Notes: a model not told the origin generated them from the letters alone. Positions 46,674-57,904 are shown, numbered from the stretch's first letter. The stretch is 64,000 bases of DNA from an uncultured Muribaculaceae bacterium (GCA_964572355.1 CAZNEN010000002.1:61168-125167), one strand, 5' to 3'. Translations and numbers: made by a program.

Positions 46674-48293
46674 TTATGATGGATTGTATCTTGTAAATTT
46701 ACCGTCAAAATACAGATGAATACAGTTTTTACCGTTTTCTTTTGATACATATAAAGCTTTATCAGCCCAATCAATAAGCTCTTTAATATCATCAGCCGCA
46801 TTTGGATATTCGGCAATACCAATACTTATGGTTGGTCTTATAATTGTATTATCATCAACTTTAACTTCTATTTCACTTATTTTTCTTCTTAATCTTTCGG
46901 CAATGGTTACTGCGTTTAAAGCAGCCGTTTCAGGAAGGATAATAGTAAATTCCTCACCGCCGTATCTTGCCGGTATATCAACATGTCTTATTGTTTTTTG
47001 TATTGTGGAAGCTATTTCTTTTAGAACCATATCACCGACTAAATGTCCGTACATATCATTAACAGTCTTAAAATTATCAATGTCCATCATAATTAACGAG
47101 AGTACATGATGATATCTTTGCACTCTTTTAATTTCAGATTCAAGTAAGAAATAGAAATGACGATGTATATATAACTTTGTTAAACCGTCTTTTGTTGCGA
47201 GTTCGTATAACTGCGCATTGTCAACGGCAATAGCTGCTTGATTTGCTAATGCTTCAATAAATTCTAAATCTTTTTTACTAAATAATTTACCGTTTTTCTT
47301 ATTTGTAATATTTATAATTCCTATACATTCACCTTTTGCAATTAAAGGAACACATATTAAAGAAGAAATATTTGAATCGCTGTTTGAAAACTGGTTAAAT
47401 CTCGGATCTTGTCCGCCGAGATTGGTGATTATTGATTTTTTTTCAGTGAATACTTTTCCAGCTATTCCGCTTTCTGGTTTCATTTTTTGGCATTCCACTA
47501 TACCATTGTTTATATCATTTTCATGTTTCTTGTCTTTAAGACCGTATACAACCTTTACCTGAAGTGTGTTATCGGATGGATCATAAAGCATTAAAGAACC
47601 TTTTTCCGCATTAACAGTTTCTATGGCTTTATCTAAAATTACGCTTATCAATCGTTTTAGGTCGTCAATAAAGTTTACGGCCTGAGATATATTATAAAGA
47701 ATTGAAAGATTATGAAGTGTTTTATTTAAATCTACAATTTTATTTTCCTGTTCTTTATTTTTGATAAATTTTCTTAAAATAGGATCAATACAGTTGAATA
47801 CTTGATTTATATATTTATAGTCTTCAACCGTAAAGTCCGAATCATCTTCTTTTTTACTAAGTGAACAAATACAAAACGGGACATTATCATTATAAAATAC
47901 TTTTATGTACTCTGTCTGGAGTTCATACAATTTATGTGTATTCCAAAATGCTTTGTAAATCAGACTTCCATCCTGATTTGTTACTTTTATTAATTCTTCG
48001 GTTTCATTTTGCAGAAACGGGGCATTATCAGCTTCAAATTCAAACTCCATATCACTGTCTGCCGTAATATTTTTTGTTTGAAAAATTCCGTTATTATTTA
48101 AGAAAAATCTTATATTTTTAAGATTTAGAGAAGATTTAATAAGAAAAGATACCTTTGAAAGCAAATCTTCAATGGAACGCGACTGATTTGCCACCATATT
48201 CAAATCAAAAAGATTATGCAGTTCCAGTACATTTTTTTGTAAAATATAAACTTTTTCAGCTAAATCTTGTGTCATAATTGTATTATACATCAA
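46674..48293 (-). CDS. Diguanylate cyclase: uncharacterised N-terminal region + GAF domain + GGDEF domain
   Basis: C-terminal DIDNFKTVNDMYGHLVGD...RYGGEEF with an RxxD-type site region upstream. The central ~150 aa are GAF-like (GSLMLYD...GIAGKVF...SLICVPL). Confidence 0.85.
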   Translation of the reverse strand: MMYNTIMTQDLAEKVYILQKNVLELHNLFDLNMVANQSRSIEDLLSKVSFLIKSSLNLKNIRFFLNNNGIFQTKNITADSDMEFEFEADNAPFLQNETEELIKVTNQDGSLIYKAFWNTHKLYELQTEYIKVFYNDNVPFCICSLSKKEDDSDFTVEDYKYINQVFNCIDPILRKFIKNKEQENKIVDLNKTLHNLSILYNISQAVNFIDDLKRLISVILDKAIETVNAEKGSLMLYDPSDNTLQVKVVYGLKDKKHENDINNGIVECQKMKPESGIAGKVFTEKKSIITNLGGQDPRFNQFSNSDSNISSLICVPLIAKGECIGIINITNKKNGKLFSKKDLEFIEALANQAAIAVDNAQLYELATKDGLTKLYIHRHFYFLLESEIKRVQRYHHVLSLIMMDIDNFKTVNDMYGHLVGDMVLKEIASTIQKTIRHVDIPARYGGEEFTIILPETAALNAVTIAERLRRKISEIEVKVDDNTIIRPTISIGIAEYPNAADDIKELIDWADKALYVSKENGKNCIHLYFDGKFTRYNPS

Positions 48294-48307
48294 AAATATT
48301 TATTTTC

Positions 48308-48631
48308 TCATTGGTTGGCTGTATCTTTTTTTGGCTTTTTGTTTTCAAGTATCATAAGCAAAACAGAAGAAAGCAATAATACAGGAACAAAGAAATTTTT
48401 AATATTATTTTTAAATGCCGTTTTAAACGGCCGTTTATCATTACAGCCGGCAATAGCCCATACAATTGTCATTCCAAAGAGAATAGGAACTGATTTCTTT
48501 GTATGTTTAACAAAACTATCAGTATATGTTTTTACCGTGTCCATTCCTTTTTTTAACATAGAAGCAGCTTTGTTTTTCTTAGTGTTCATTGCAGGCATAC
48601 GGCTGTTTCCTGCCGAAACTTTTTGAATCAT
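48308..48631 (-). CDS. Hypothetical small membrane protein (two TM segments)
   Basis: 107 aa with a basic N-terminus and the hydrophobic segments VPILFGMTIVWAIAG and FFVPVLLLSSVLLMIL. It is packed between ribD and the GGDEF gene. Confidence 0.5.
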   Translation of the reverse strand: MIQKVSAGNSRMPAMNTKKNKAASMLKKGMDTVKTYTDSFVKHTKKSVPILFGMTIVWAIAGCNDKRPFKTAFKNNIKNFFVPVLLLSSVLLMILENKKPKKDTANQ

Positions 48632-48642
48632 AATTTCCCTTT

Positions 48643-49746
48643 TTATTGTTCAGTCTTTATAAATCTGCTTGTTACCATTATATCGTGTTTTAAGCGTTTC
48701 GTCGAGATTATAATTAAATTGTTACATTTTGATATTTTATCTCTCTCACAACCTTGTACAAAATCTAACCCCTGATTATCAGATAGTATTTTAGGCGCTA
48801 TAAATTGTATTAAGTTATCGGCTAAATTACTTTGAATAAATGAATTATTTAATGTTCCGCCGGCTTCAATTAATATACTTTTTATTCCTGTATTGTATAT
48901 TATTTTGATAGCATTCTCAAGGTTTATATACCCGTTTTTCAGCGGGCATTTTATAATTTCGACATGCGGGGCATATTTTTTAAATTTTTTTTCGTCAGTT
49001 TTTTCTGAAGTTATTATAATAACCCTTGTATTATCACTGTTATATATATTACTCTCAGGTATTGTTGAGAGATTTGTATCTAAAATTATTCTTACCGGAT
49101 TTCTTCCGTTTTTTATCCGGCATGTCATATAAGGATTATCTTTTTTGACAGTATTGGAACTTGTTAAAACGGCGTCATATTTATTTCGCAGTTTATGTAC
49201 TTGAAGACGAGAATATTCATCAGTTATCCATTTAGAGTCACCTGTTCTTGCGGCAATTTTTCCGTCCAGCGTTGTTGCTGTTTTGATTGTAATAAAAGGT
49301 TTATTTTCCGTCTGGTTTTTGATAAATATTTCATTTAGTTTTCTGCATTCATTTTCGAGCACTCCGGTTATAACTTCAATACCCGCTCTTTCCAATTTTT
49401 CTATTCCTTTACCCGAAACTATGGGATTTGGATCAACCATACCTGTTATAACTCTTTTAAATCCTTTTTCTATTAATAAATCGGCACAGGGAGGAGTTTT
49501 ACCGTAATGCTGGCAGGGTTCCAAATTTACTATTACGGATTTGCCTTTTAAATCTTCTTTTGCATTTAATACCGCATTTCTTTCGGCATGATTTCCTCCG
49601 AAAAATTCATGTCTTCCTTCTGATATTATTCTAAAATTGTCATCAAAAATAACAGCCCCGACTAAGGGATTGGGAGAAACTCTGCCCTCGCTTTTTTTTG
49701 CCAGATTAATGCATCTTCGCATAAGTTTATTATATTCTCTTAACAT
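48643..49746 (-). CDS. ribD: Bifunctional riboflavin biosynthesis protein RibD (deaminase/reductase)
   Basis: HAERNAV and PCQHYGKTPPC zinc motifs, followed by a C-terminal RibD_C reductase domain (TLDGKIA...SNTV). Confidence 0.92.
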   Translation of the reverse strand: MLREYNKLMRRCINLAKKSEGRVSPNPLVGAVIFDDNFRIISEGRHEFFGGNHAERNAVLNAKEDLKGKSVIVNLEPCQHYGKTPPCADLLIEKGFKRVITGMVDPNPIVSGKGIEKLERAGIEVITGVLENECRKLNEIFIKNQTENKPFITIKTATTLDGKIAARTGDSKWITDEYSRLQVHKLRNKYDAVLTSSNTVKKDNPYMTCRIKNGRNPVRIILDTNLSTIPESNIYNSDNTRVIIITSEKTDEKKFKKYAPHVEIIKCPLKNGYINLENAIKIIYNTGIKSILIEAGGTLNNSFIQSNLADNLIQFIAPKILSDNQGLDFVQGCERDKISKCNNLIIISTKRLKHDIMVTSRFIKTEQ

Positions 49747-50347
49747 TTTTTACTTTCTTATAAAAAGCATCTGTTATAATTTGTGAATATTTCCCTTTTT
49801 CATTAACGGAAATAATTATCAGGTTTTTCCCGTTTTCAAGTTCCGCAACTCCGACAATTCCTTCTATATCTTTTATCGGAAGATTCGAAATTTCAGCTTC
49901 AATCTTTGCATATGGAATTTTCTGGTCTAAACCTTCTAATTCTCCCTGTTTTTTTACTTCTATTTTATCAAACTTCACAATCTGGTATTTATATTTATTT
50001 ATTATATTATCAATTTTTTCTTGTAATTTTTCGCTGTTTATATCTTCTTTTGTTAATATATTTTCGTTATTAGGCTCAATCATAATTATTTTTTGTTCGG
50101 TGGCATTATGTTCCGCTATTATCATTTTGTTTTTTAAGATTTTTAAATTCTTGTCTATTGTGTACTCTTCATCAATTTCCGATAAGTCCACAATATCTTT
50201 TGTTTTATCGATAATTTCTTCCTGTGTTTTGTTTTGATAATCATTAATCCGGCTTTTTATAAAATCTATTACGCCGATATGCTGTAAACCGAAAAATACC
50301 AGAACAGCAATAATAATTTTTATTATAAAACTAAAACAGCCTTTCAT
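49730..50347 (-). CDS. Hypothetical membrane-anchored protein
   Basis: N-terminal TM FSFIIKIIIAVLVFFGL followed by a K/E/I/N-rich soluble domain. It overlaps the ribD start by 17 nt (operonic). Confidence 0.55.
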   Translation of the reverse strand: MKGCFSFIIKIIIAVLVFFGLQHIGVIDFIKSRINDYQNKTQEEIIDKTKDIVDLSEIDEEYTIDKNLKILKNKMIIAEHNATEQKIIMIEPNNENILTKEDINSEKLQEKIDNIINKYKYQIVKFDKIEVKKQGELEGLDQKIPYAKIEAEISNLPIKDIEGIVGVAELENGKNLIIISVNEKGKYSQIITDAFYKKVKNVKRI

Positions 50348-50417
50348 TAAGACTCCTTTACCATTAATGTTAATTTAATTGAATTTAACCGGAATTTGTA
50401 ATACATTAAGTATAACT

Positions 50418-53003
50418 ATGATAAATAAAGAAATCAAGAATACTGACAGTATTAATGCGGATTATGAACAAGCAACGCCTATGTTCAAACAATTTCTTGA
50501 TATAAAAAGAAAGCATCAGGGAGTTGTTTTATTATATCGAATGGGTGATTTTTATGAAGGTTTTTTTGAAGATGCCATACTTTTTTCAAAAGAACTTGGT
50601 TTGACTCTTACTCATAAAGAAGGGGGCAGTCTCGGTGATGTGCCTATGGCAGGTATTCCCGTAAAGTCTTTAAATACATATATCCCTAAATTATTAAACA
50701 AGAATTATAAAGTTGCAATATGCGAGCAGCTTGAAGATCCTAAAGAGGTTAAAGGACTTGTTAAAAGAGATATCGTAAAAACTATTACTGCAGGGACCAT
50801 TACGGAACTTAATCTCTTGGAGCCTACGGGGAATAATTATCTTGCCGCTGTTATTAATGTTAATAATATTTTCGGACTTGCGTATACTGATATTTCAACA
50901 GGAGAATTCAGAGTTACTAACGGTTCATTGGAAGAAATACTCTCAGAACTTGCAAGAATTAAGCCTTCAGAGATATTAACACCGGTAAAAAAACAAAAAA
51001 TATTGCCGTTCCAGATTGTTCCTGATGAAAAAATCGATTTGCCCGATGAAATTACATCCGTATATTCTTGTACTAAAATGTCCGAATTATCTTTTCAGGA
51101 AGAAAGAGCTTCGGTAAATTTAAAGTCTTTATTTAATGTAATATCTCTTGATGCTTTCGGTTTTCAGGAATATAAAATTGCTTTTCGTGCAGCCGGTGCT
51201 ATAGTTGATTATATTGCGGAAACCCAGAAGGGTATTTTCCCGAAATTTGATATTATTAAACCTTATTCTATATCCGAATATGTTTGTCTGGATGCAAGTA
51301 CAAGAAAAAATCTTGAGCTTATTGAAACTTCAAAAGACAAAGGTAAATACGGAAGTTTATACTGGGCAATAGATAATGTTAAAACCCCTATGGGGGCAAG
51401 ACTTTTAAAATCATGGATTACCCAGCCGATTAAAAATATTGATGAAATTAATAAAAGACTTGATTCTGTTGAAGAATTTGTGAATAATTCAACAGGGAGA
51501 ATAAATCTTTCAAATTTGCTTGACAGAATTACCGATATTGAACGTCTTGCAGTTAAATTAAGCAACGGAACCGTAAATCCCAGAGATTTATTATCTTTAA
51601 AATCTACACTGTCACTTTTGCCTAATTTTAAAAGTATTTTTAATTCTTTTGATAGTGAATATATAAATAATTTTAATGTTAATACGGATGAATTAACCGA
51701 ATTTGCATCCGTAATAAACAGAACTATTGAAGAAGAAGCTCCTGCTGTAATTAAAGACGGCGGTGTTATAAAAGATAATGTAAACGGAGATTTGGATTAT
51801 TTTCGCGGTCTTTTAACAGGCAGTGAAAGCTGGCTTCAAAAATTTGAAGCCGAACAAAAAGATGTAACGGGAATTAAAAATCTTCGTGTAAGTTATAACA
51901 GAAATTTCGGCTATTTTATAGAAGTTACAAAATCTAATCTTTCCCAGGTTCCCATTAATTATGTAAGAAAGCAGACTCTTACAAATGTTGAAAGATTTAT
52001 GACGGAGGAATTAAAAAAACACGAAAGTGATGTTCTTTCCGCAAGGTTTAAGTCTGTTGAATTAGAACAGAAAATTTATAATGATTTAGTCGAATATGCA
52101 AAAGCTTTTGTTGAGCCGATTAAAGAAGCTGCTCATTTTATTGCGCGTGCGGATGTTTTGTTGTCATTTGCGCTAAGTGCTGTTGAATCAAATTATGTAA
52201 GACCCGAAATTATTGACTCAAATGAATTATATATAAAAGACGGCAGGCATCCGGTAGTAGAAAAGATTCTTCCTATGGGGCAGTACGTTCCCAATGATTT
52301 AAGACTGATTGCCGATATCCATAATTATGAAGATACTCAGTTTATGATATTAACAGGACCTAATATGGCAGGAAAGTCAACCTACATGAGACAAAACGCT
52401 TTAATTGTACTTATGGCTCAAATAGGTTCTTTTGTTCCGGCTTCATATGCCCGTATAGGTATTGTAGATAAAATTTTTACAAGAGTAGGTGCGGTTGACG
52501 ATTTATCATTGGGGCAATCAACTTTTATGGTTGAAATGAATGAAACCGCATATATTTTAAACAGCGCTACCGAGAAAAGTTTAATTCTTCTCGATGAGAT
52601 AGGAAGAGGAACTTCAACATATGACGGAGTTGCAATTGCATGGTCGGTTGCGGAATATATAGCAACAAAGATTAAAGCCAGAACTATTTTTGCAACGCAC
52701 TATCATGAACTGAATGTTATGCCGAATTCAATAGAACAGATAAAAAATTACAGAATAACATTATCGGAGCAGGACGGAGAAATTCAGTTTTTGAGAAAAG
52801 TAGTTCCGGGCAGTGCAAGTAAAAGCTACGGTATTCAGGTTGCAAAAATGGCCGGTCTTCCGCAAGCTGTTGTTAATAAAGCTCAGATTCTTATGAACAG
52901 AATGCAGAAAGATTACTCAAAGGATCTTTCAAAAAGAAAATCAAAACAAGCATATCCTGAAGTTCCGCAGTTATCTTTAACTTTTGAGCAGAAAGAAGTA
53001 TAA
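50418..53003 (+). CDS. mutS: DNA mismatch repair protein MutS
   Basis: TPMFKQFLDIKRKH, GDFYE, Walker A TGPNMAGKSTYMRQ and LDEIGRGTSTYDG. ATG 50418 is preferred over the TTG at 50379 listed in the ORF track. Confidence 0.95.
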   Translation: MINKEIKNTDSINADYEQATPMFKQFLDIKRKHQGVVLLYRMGDFYEGFFEDAILFSKELGLTLTHKEGGSLGDVPMAGIPVKSLNTYIPKLLNKNYKVAICEQLEDPKEVKGLVKRDIVKTITAGTITELNLLEPTGNNYLAAVINVNNIFGLAYTDISTGEFRVTNGSLEEILSELARIKPSEILTPVKKQKILPFQIVPDEKIDLPDEITSVYSCTKMSELSFQEERASVNLKSLFNVISLDAFGFQEYKIAFRAAGAIVDYIAETQKGIFPKFDIIKPYSISEYVCLDASTRKNLELIETSKDKGKYGSLYWAIDNVKTPMGARLLKSWITQPIKNIDEINKRLDSVEEFVNNSTGRINLSNLLDRITDIERLAVKLSNGTVNPRDLLSLKSTLSLLPNFKSIFNSFDSEYINNFNVNTDELTEFASVINRTIEEEAPAVIKDGGVIKDNVNGDLDYFRGLLTGSESWLQKFEAEQKDVTGIKNLRVSYNRNFGYFIEVTKSNLSQVPINYVRKQTLTNVERFMTEELKKHESDVLSARFKSVELEQKIYNDLVEYAKAFVEPIKEAAHFIARADVLLSFALSAVESNYVRPEIIDSNELYIKDGRHPVVEKILPMGQYVPNDLRLIADIHNYEDTQFMILTGPNMAGKSTYMRQNALIVLMAQIGSFVPASYARIGIVDKIFTRVGAVDDLSLGQSTFMVEMNETAYILNSATEKSLILLDEIGRGTSTYDGVAIAWSVAEYIATKIKARTIFATHYHELNVMPNSIEQIKNYRITLSEQDGEIQFLRKVVPGSASKSYGIQVAKMAGLPQAVVNKAQILMNRMQKDYSKDLSKRKSKQAYPEVPQLSLTFEQKEV

Positions 53004-54524
53004 ATGACAAAGTTCTTTAAAAGTGATAAAGGGATAATTTTGATATTAATTGTTCTTTTTTTCTGTATTCTTCCGTTTTTCTTTTTGCATCAGGGTTTGT
53101 TGCTGATTGATACCGGAAGAGAGTTTTACCTTCCTTCTCAAATTAATTTGGGCGGTATTCTATATAAAGATGTTTATAATATATACGGTCCTTTTTCTTA
53201 TCAGTTTAATGCCGTTCTGTTTAAGATATTCGGTGAACATTATAATACTCTGTATTTTGCGGGAATATTGAATTCATTATTAATAACTGTTGTTATGTTT
53301 TTATTGTCACGTGAATTTACGGATAGAATAAAATCTTTTTTTATAGCTTTATTAACAATGTTTTCGCTCGTGTTTACAACTTTTTTGTATAATTCAAATA
53401 TTACATATGCATTTGCAATGGTTTATGCCCTTAGTGCTTTTTTATTATCTTTGTTGTTTTTAATCAAGTATTTTAAAAAAGAAAATGCAGTGTTTGCATT
53501 TGTTTCCTGCTTTTTTGCAGGTCTTAGTATCGCAAATAAGTATGAATTCAGTTTATATCCTGTTGTTTTAATATATTGTCTGTGCTTTTTAAAGCCTGTC
53601 GGAATTAAAAACGGTCTGAAATCATTGCTGTATTTTTGTATTATACCCGTTATGTGTTTTAGCATATTATTGCTGCAAGGACTTAGCTATGACGATATTA
53701 AATATACAATCGGTATGTTTAATAATATGTTTAATGCTCCGACTCTAAAATTATTCTATTCAATTTTCGGAATATTCTTTAATATCGGAAATTTGCAGGG
53801 ATTAGTTAAAAATAACGGCATATATGCCGTTTTTGGAATATTACCTTTATTAAATTTATTTTTATTTCTGGCTAAATTTAAACAAATATATAAGAATAAG
53901 TATCTTTTTGTTTTTATTTTATGTTCACTTGCTGCCTGTGCAAAAGGTTTTATATTTTTGAATGTTAATCATATGGGAATATTTGTATTTCCTTTATGTA
54001 TTCTTACCTCGATAATATTACTTGAAAAATACAATGTGAAATTTATTCCGGTAGTTCTTGCAGCTGTTGTACTTCTTTTTGCGGCGGAAGATTTTTCATC
54101 CTTGAAATATAAAAATTATTTGCTTGAAACACCGAAAGGAAATATATATACGTTTAAAAAAGACGGTGAATCCGTAAAATATGTATCCGATTTTATCATT
54201 GCAAATACGAATAAAACAGATAAAGTTGTTGTTATGCCGGAAGGTTTATTTATTAACTTTATAACCGAAAGAAAAGGTGATAACTTTTTCTATAACCTGA
54301 GCCCCCTGTTTTATACGGATGTTTTCGGAGAAGAAATGATTTTAAGCCGTTTTAAAGAAAATAAACCCGAATATTTTGTAATTCTTCCCATTAATAATAT
54401 TGAATACGGAAAAAGTTTTTTCGGTATTGATTATGCACAGAATTTTTATGAGATGATTATTAATAATTACAATTTAATTGAAGAAAAAAATAATATAAAA
54501 ATCTTTAAAAGAAAGAATTTATAA
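53004..54524 (+). CDS. Polytopic membrane protein, possibly a GT-C-type (ArnT/PMT-like) glycosyltransferase
   Basis: 506 aa with about 11 hydrophobic helices and a C-terminal soluble domain. The start abuts the mutS stop and the stop abuts the rimO start. Confidence 0.65.
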   Translation: MTKFFKSDKGIILILIVLFFCILPFFFLHQGLLLIDTGREFYLPSQINLGGILYKDVYNIYGPFSYQFNAVLFKIFGEHYNTLYFAGILNSLLITVVMFLLSREFTDRIKSFFIALLTMFSLVFTTFLYNSNITYAFAMVYALSAFLLSLLFLIKYFKKENAVFAFVSCFFAGLSIANKYEFSLYPVVLIYCLCFLKPVGIKNGLKSLLYFCIIPVMCFSILLLQGLSYDDIKYTIGMFNNMFNAPTLKLFYSIFGIFFNIGNLQGLVKNNGIYAVFGILPLLNLFLFLAKFKQIYKNKYLFVFILCSLAACAKGFIFLNVNHMGIFVFPLCILTSIILLEKYNVKFIPVVLAAVVLLFAAEDFSSLKYKNYLLETPKGNIYTFKKDGESVKYVSDFIIANTNKTDKVVVMPEGLFINFITERKGDNFFYNLSPLFYTDVFGEEMILSRFKENKPEYFVILPINNIEYGKSFFGIDYAQNFYEMIINNYNLIEEKNNIKIFKRKNL

Positions 54525-55832
54525 ATGAGACAAATTGCTTTAATAAATCACGGCTGCGCAAAAAACCTTGTAGATTCGGAATTAATGCTGGGTAAATTAA
54601 GCCAAAACGGATATAAAATTACGCTTGATGAATCAAAGGCCGATATTGTTATAATTAATACCTGCTCGTTTATCCATGATGCGGAAAAGGAATCTGTACA
54701 ATCTATTTTTGAAATGATAAATGCAGGAAAAAAAATTATAATTACGGGTTGCTTGCCTCAAAAATATAAACAGGAGCTTAAGGAACTGATACCTGAAGCT
54801 CTTGCTTTTATCGGAACATCGGATATTGATAAAATTGTTGATATTGTGAAGAAAATTACAAAAGAGAAACAGACTGAGTATGAAGTAAACGAAAATCCTC
54901 AATACTATTATCCTGAAAATGTCAAAAGACAGCAAATAACAATGGGAGCAAGTTCTTATATAAAAATAGCCGAAGGCTGCAGTTTTGATTGCGGTTATTG
55001 TATAATCCCCAAATTAAGAGGACCTTATATCTCTCGAAAAATGGAAAATATAGTACAGGAAGCAAGAGAACTGGCTGATAAAGGTGTAAGTGAAATAGTT
55101 TTAATTGCTCAAGATACAACAAGTTACGGCAAGGACATATACAAAAAACAGTCATTAAAAGAGCTTTTAGTTGAACTTAATAAAATAGAAAATTTAAACT
55201 GGATAAGAATAATGTATACATATCCTTCAATGCTTACTGATGACCTGCTTGAAACAATAAATGAACTTGATAAAGTTGTAAAATATATAGATGTTCCCCT
55301 TCAGCATGTAAGCAAAAATATACTTAAATTGATGAACAGACCCGTTGAGGATTATAAAAAACTTATAAAAAAAATTCGCAAAATTATTCCTTCTGCAGCA
55401 ATCAGAACAACTTTTATTGTGGGTTATCCGGGTGAAACACAAGAAGATTTTCAAGAACTTTGTGATTTTATAAAAGAAATGAAAATAGACAGACTCGGTG
55501 TTTTTGAATTCTCAAGGGAAAAAGATACAAAAGCATATAATTTAAAACCTCAGATAAGTGCAAAAATAAAAAAACAAAGAAAAAAACAATTAATGCTTTT
55601 ACAGCAGAACATATCAAAAGAATTAAACAAGAAATTAATCGGTAAAAAAATAAATTGTATTGTTGAAACAATAAATGAAAACGGTATAATAACAGCTCGC
55701 AGCTATAAAGATGCCCCTGAGGTTGACGGATTGGTTTTTATAAAAACGAAAACTCCCGTTATTCCTGGTGATATAATTACTGCCGAAATAACGGGAGCTG
55801 TTGAATATGATTTAACTGCTATTTTTTGTTAG
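54525..55832 (+). CDS. rimO: Ribosomal protein S12 methylthiotransferase RimO
   Basis: N-terminal GCAKNLVDSE (UPF0004 cluster), radical SAM CSFDCGYC, and a C-terminal TRAM domain. The 435-aa size fits RimO. Confidence 0.88.
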   Translation: MRQIALINHGCAKNLVDSELMLGKLSQNGYKITLDESKADIVIINTCSFIHDAEKESVQSIFEMINAGKKIIITGCLPQKYKQELKELIPEALAFIGTSDIDKIVDIVKKITKEKQTEYEVNENPQYYYPENVKRQQITMGASSYIKIAEGCSFDCGYCIIPKLRGPYISRKMENIVQEARELADKGVSEIVLIAQDTTSYGKDIYKKQSLKELLVELNKIENLNWIRIMYTYPSMLTDDLLETINELDKVVKYIDVPLQHVSKNILKLMNRPVEDYKKLIKKIRKIIPSAAIRTTFIVGYPGETQEDFQELCDFIKEMKIDRLGVFEFSREKDTKAYNLKPQISAKIKKQRKKQLMLLQQNISKELNKKLIGKKINCIVETINENGIITARSYKDAPEVDGLVFIKTKTPVIPGDIITAEITGAVEYDLTAIFC

Positions 55833-57363
55833 AAGCAATAAAATCTCTTTTTTGTTTGTATTTTTGTACTCTTCTGTCTTTTATTGCTTTTGGGTTATGT
55901 TTAATTAGAGTATCAATAACAAATTTTTCCAGATTTTTGTCCTTATCGGAATTATATACTTCCGCTAATTTTAATGCAATTTCAATATGTTCCGGATATT
56001 GCTTATGCAGTTCTTTTAATTTATCTTTAGCTAATTGTTTTCTTCCGAGCCTTAAATCTATAAATGTTTCAAGGATTTGAGTATCCAAATCATCATTTAT
56101 GTTTTTTGCAAGATTTAAATATCTTTCCGCAGTTACATAATTTCTCATTTTGTAATAATTAACCGCAAGATTATATAGTATTACATGTTGGTTTTGGAAA
56201 TCATTAACAACCAGAGGGAGGACTCTGTTTAAAATATAATTTGAACGTTCATACTGCTTTTTATATCCATAATTAATTGCAAGATCAACCCATACAATAA
56301 TATTTTTTCTGTCATCTTTTAACTTTGCAATTAATCTTTGTATTTCAAGTTCAAAATTTTCACCCGGGTAAGTTGTTAAAATTTGGTGGTAAAACATATT
56401 ATTGTATTCTTCGGAAGAAATAGGAATATCAATAACATCGGGTATCATTTTATATATTAACATTAAAGTATTAACATCACGGCTTGAAATATTTGTTGTT
56501 TTATTATCATTATCCAAATAATCACCGGTATGATACATTATGTCATTCGGAGAAGCACTATGTCCCCATAATCCCAAAGCATGCCCGATTTCATGTTCCG
56601 CAAGCGATAATAATTTATCATTATCGTATTTTAAACCCTTTGTATCGGTCGGTTTGATATAAACATCAATTCTTTGAAGAGTATTATCTTTTATGGCAGG
56701 AATAGCTTTACCTATTCTATTGGGTTCATAGTTGTCTTTGAATGTTACATCATCAACAAAACTGACACATATATTTGCATTCTTATTGCCCATTGTTTCT
56801 TTGAACATAATTTCGCCGTTAGTAGCTGTCTGCCAGTTTAAAAATGCTTTTCTTACAGTTTCATAGTATTCTTTAGGTATACCTGAATCACCTGATATTG
56901 AGTATGTAATCGGGCTTTTAATATTCCATCTTACAAGTTGATCCTCATATAAAACATTATCTATATAATTAGGTCCTATCTGTCTGTCTAATTGTTGGCG
57001 CATATTCATCAATATATTATCCGCAAGTTTGCTTGCTTCATCACAATCATCCAATTGTGCAATTTCATATAATTTTTTCTGATTTTCATATGTAGGCGGT
57101 AATTTTGATAAAGCCATGGCCTGATAATAAATTGCATCATCATCATAAGGTCTTGACTCTGATACCATTTTGAACATTTTATAAGCTTTATCGTAATTGC
57201 CGGCCGCCATATATTTTTTACCCTGATTAAACATATGATCAGGCATTATTCTTTTTAAATAAAAGAATATTCCCAAAATAACCAGCAGAACAACACTAAA
57301 AACAATAAATGAAATTTTCATATTATTTTGGTTCTGCTGTCTTCTTTCTTGTTTTTGTACCAT
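55819..57363 (-). CDS. Membrane-anchored TPR protein with a matrixin-like (M10) zinc metalloprotease domain
   Basis: N-terminal TM ISFIVFSVVLLVILGIFFYL. The zinc motif HEIGHALGLWGHS is of the HExxHxxGxxH type. TPR-like repeats flank it on both sides. Confidence 0.75.
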   Translation of the reverse strand: MVQKQERRQQNQNNMKISFIVFSVVLLVILGIFFYLKRIMPDHMFNQGKKYMAAGNYDKAYKMFKMVSESRPYDDDAIYYQAMALSKLPPTYENQKKLYEIAQLDDCDEASKLADNILMNMRQQLDRQIGPNYIDNVLYEDQLVRWNIKSPITYSISGDSGIPKEYYETVRKAFLNWQTATNGEIMFKETMGNKNANICVSFVDDVTFKDNYEPNRIGKAIPAIKDNTLQRIDVYIKPTDTKGLKYDNDKLLSLAEHEIGHALGLWGHSASPNDIMYHTGDYLDNDNKTTNISSRDVNTLMLIYKMIPDVIDIPISSEEYNNMFYHQILTTYPGENFELEIQRLIAKLKDDRKNIIVWVDLAINYGYKKQYERSNYILNRVLPLVVNDFQNQHVILYNLAVNYYKMRNYVTAERYLNLAKNINDDLDTQILETFIDLRLGRKQLAKDKLKELHKQYPEHIEIALKLAEVYNSDKDKNLEKFVIDTLIKHNPKAIKDRRVQKYKQKRDFIASNKK

Positions 57364-57378
57364 ATTATCTCCTTTATA

Positions 57379-57894
57379 TTATTTATTTAATTCTAATAAT
57401 TCTGATAATTTTTTAGTTTCCAATTTGGATAATAATTCGGAATTACCTTTTATTTTGAAATATTCCGAGAATTTTTCAGTTGTTTTTAAATTATATGAAC
57501 GTCCGTTTTTATCTTTTTTTCTGCTTATAAGACCTTTATCAACAAGTTCTTGAACATGTTCATATGCATTTGAACCTCGCATTTCTTTTAATTCGGATTG
57601 TCTTATGGGTTCTTTCAGGGCGATAACCGTTAATGTTTTTAGGACTGCATTTGAGATATCAACAGGACATAGTTTTTCGACAATATCCATATATTCATCC
57701 TTAACCTGAATAATATATCCGTTTTCATCATCAATTTCAAGCGCACCGTTGCGTGATGAATAATCAACAATTAATGAAAGCATTGCTTCTTCTACATCTT
57801 GTTCTTCAGCTTCAAGTATTTTGGCAATTTCTTTTAAATCAACAGCTCTTCCTGTTACAAACAATACAGCTTCTATTCTTGATTTCAGGTCCAT
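57379..57894 (-). CDS. scpB: Segregation and condensation protein B
   Basis: IEAVLFVTGRAV start, LKTLTVIALKEPIRQSELKEMRG and the LVDKGLI winged-helix pattern. Confidence 0.88.
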   Translation of the reverse strand: MDLKSRIEAVLFVTGRAVDLKEIAKILEAEEQDVEEAMLSLIVDYSSRNGALEIDDENGYIIQVKDEYMDIVEKLCPVDISNAVLKTLTVIALKEPIRQSELKEMRGSNAYEHVQELVDKGLISRKKDKNGRSYNLKTTEKFSEYFKIKGNSELLSKLETKKLSELLELNK

Positions 57895-57904
57895 ATTTAT
57901 ACCT

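Noticed and set aside
48643-49746. Searched for an FMN riboswitch upstream of ribD and a purine riboswitch upstream of purM.
   Set aside because: The ribD start is overlapped by the preceding gene, so there is no leader. The purM upstream spacer is only about 90 nt and shows no conserved riboswitch core.
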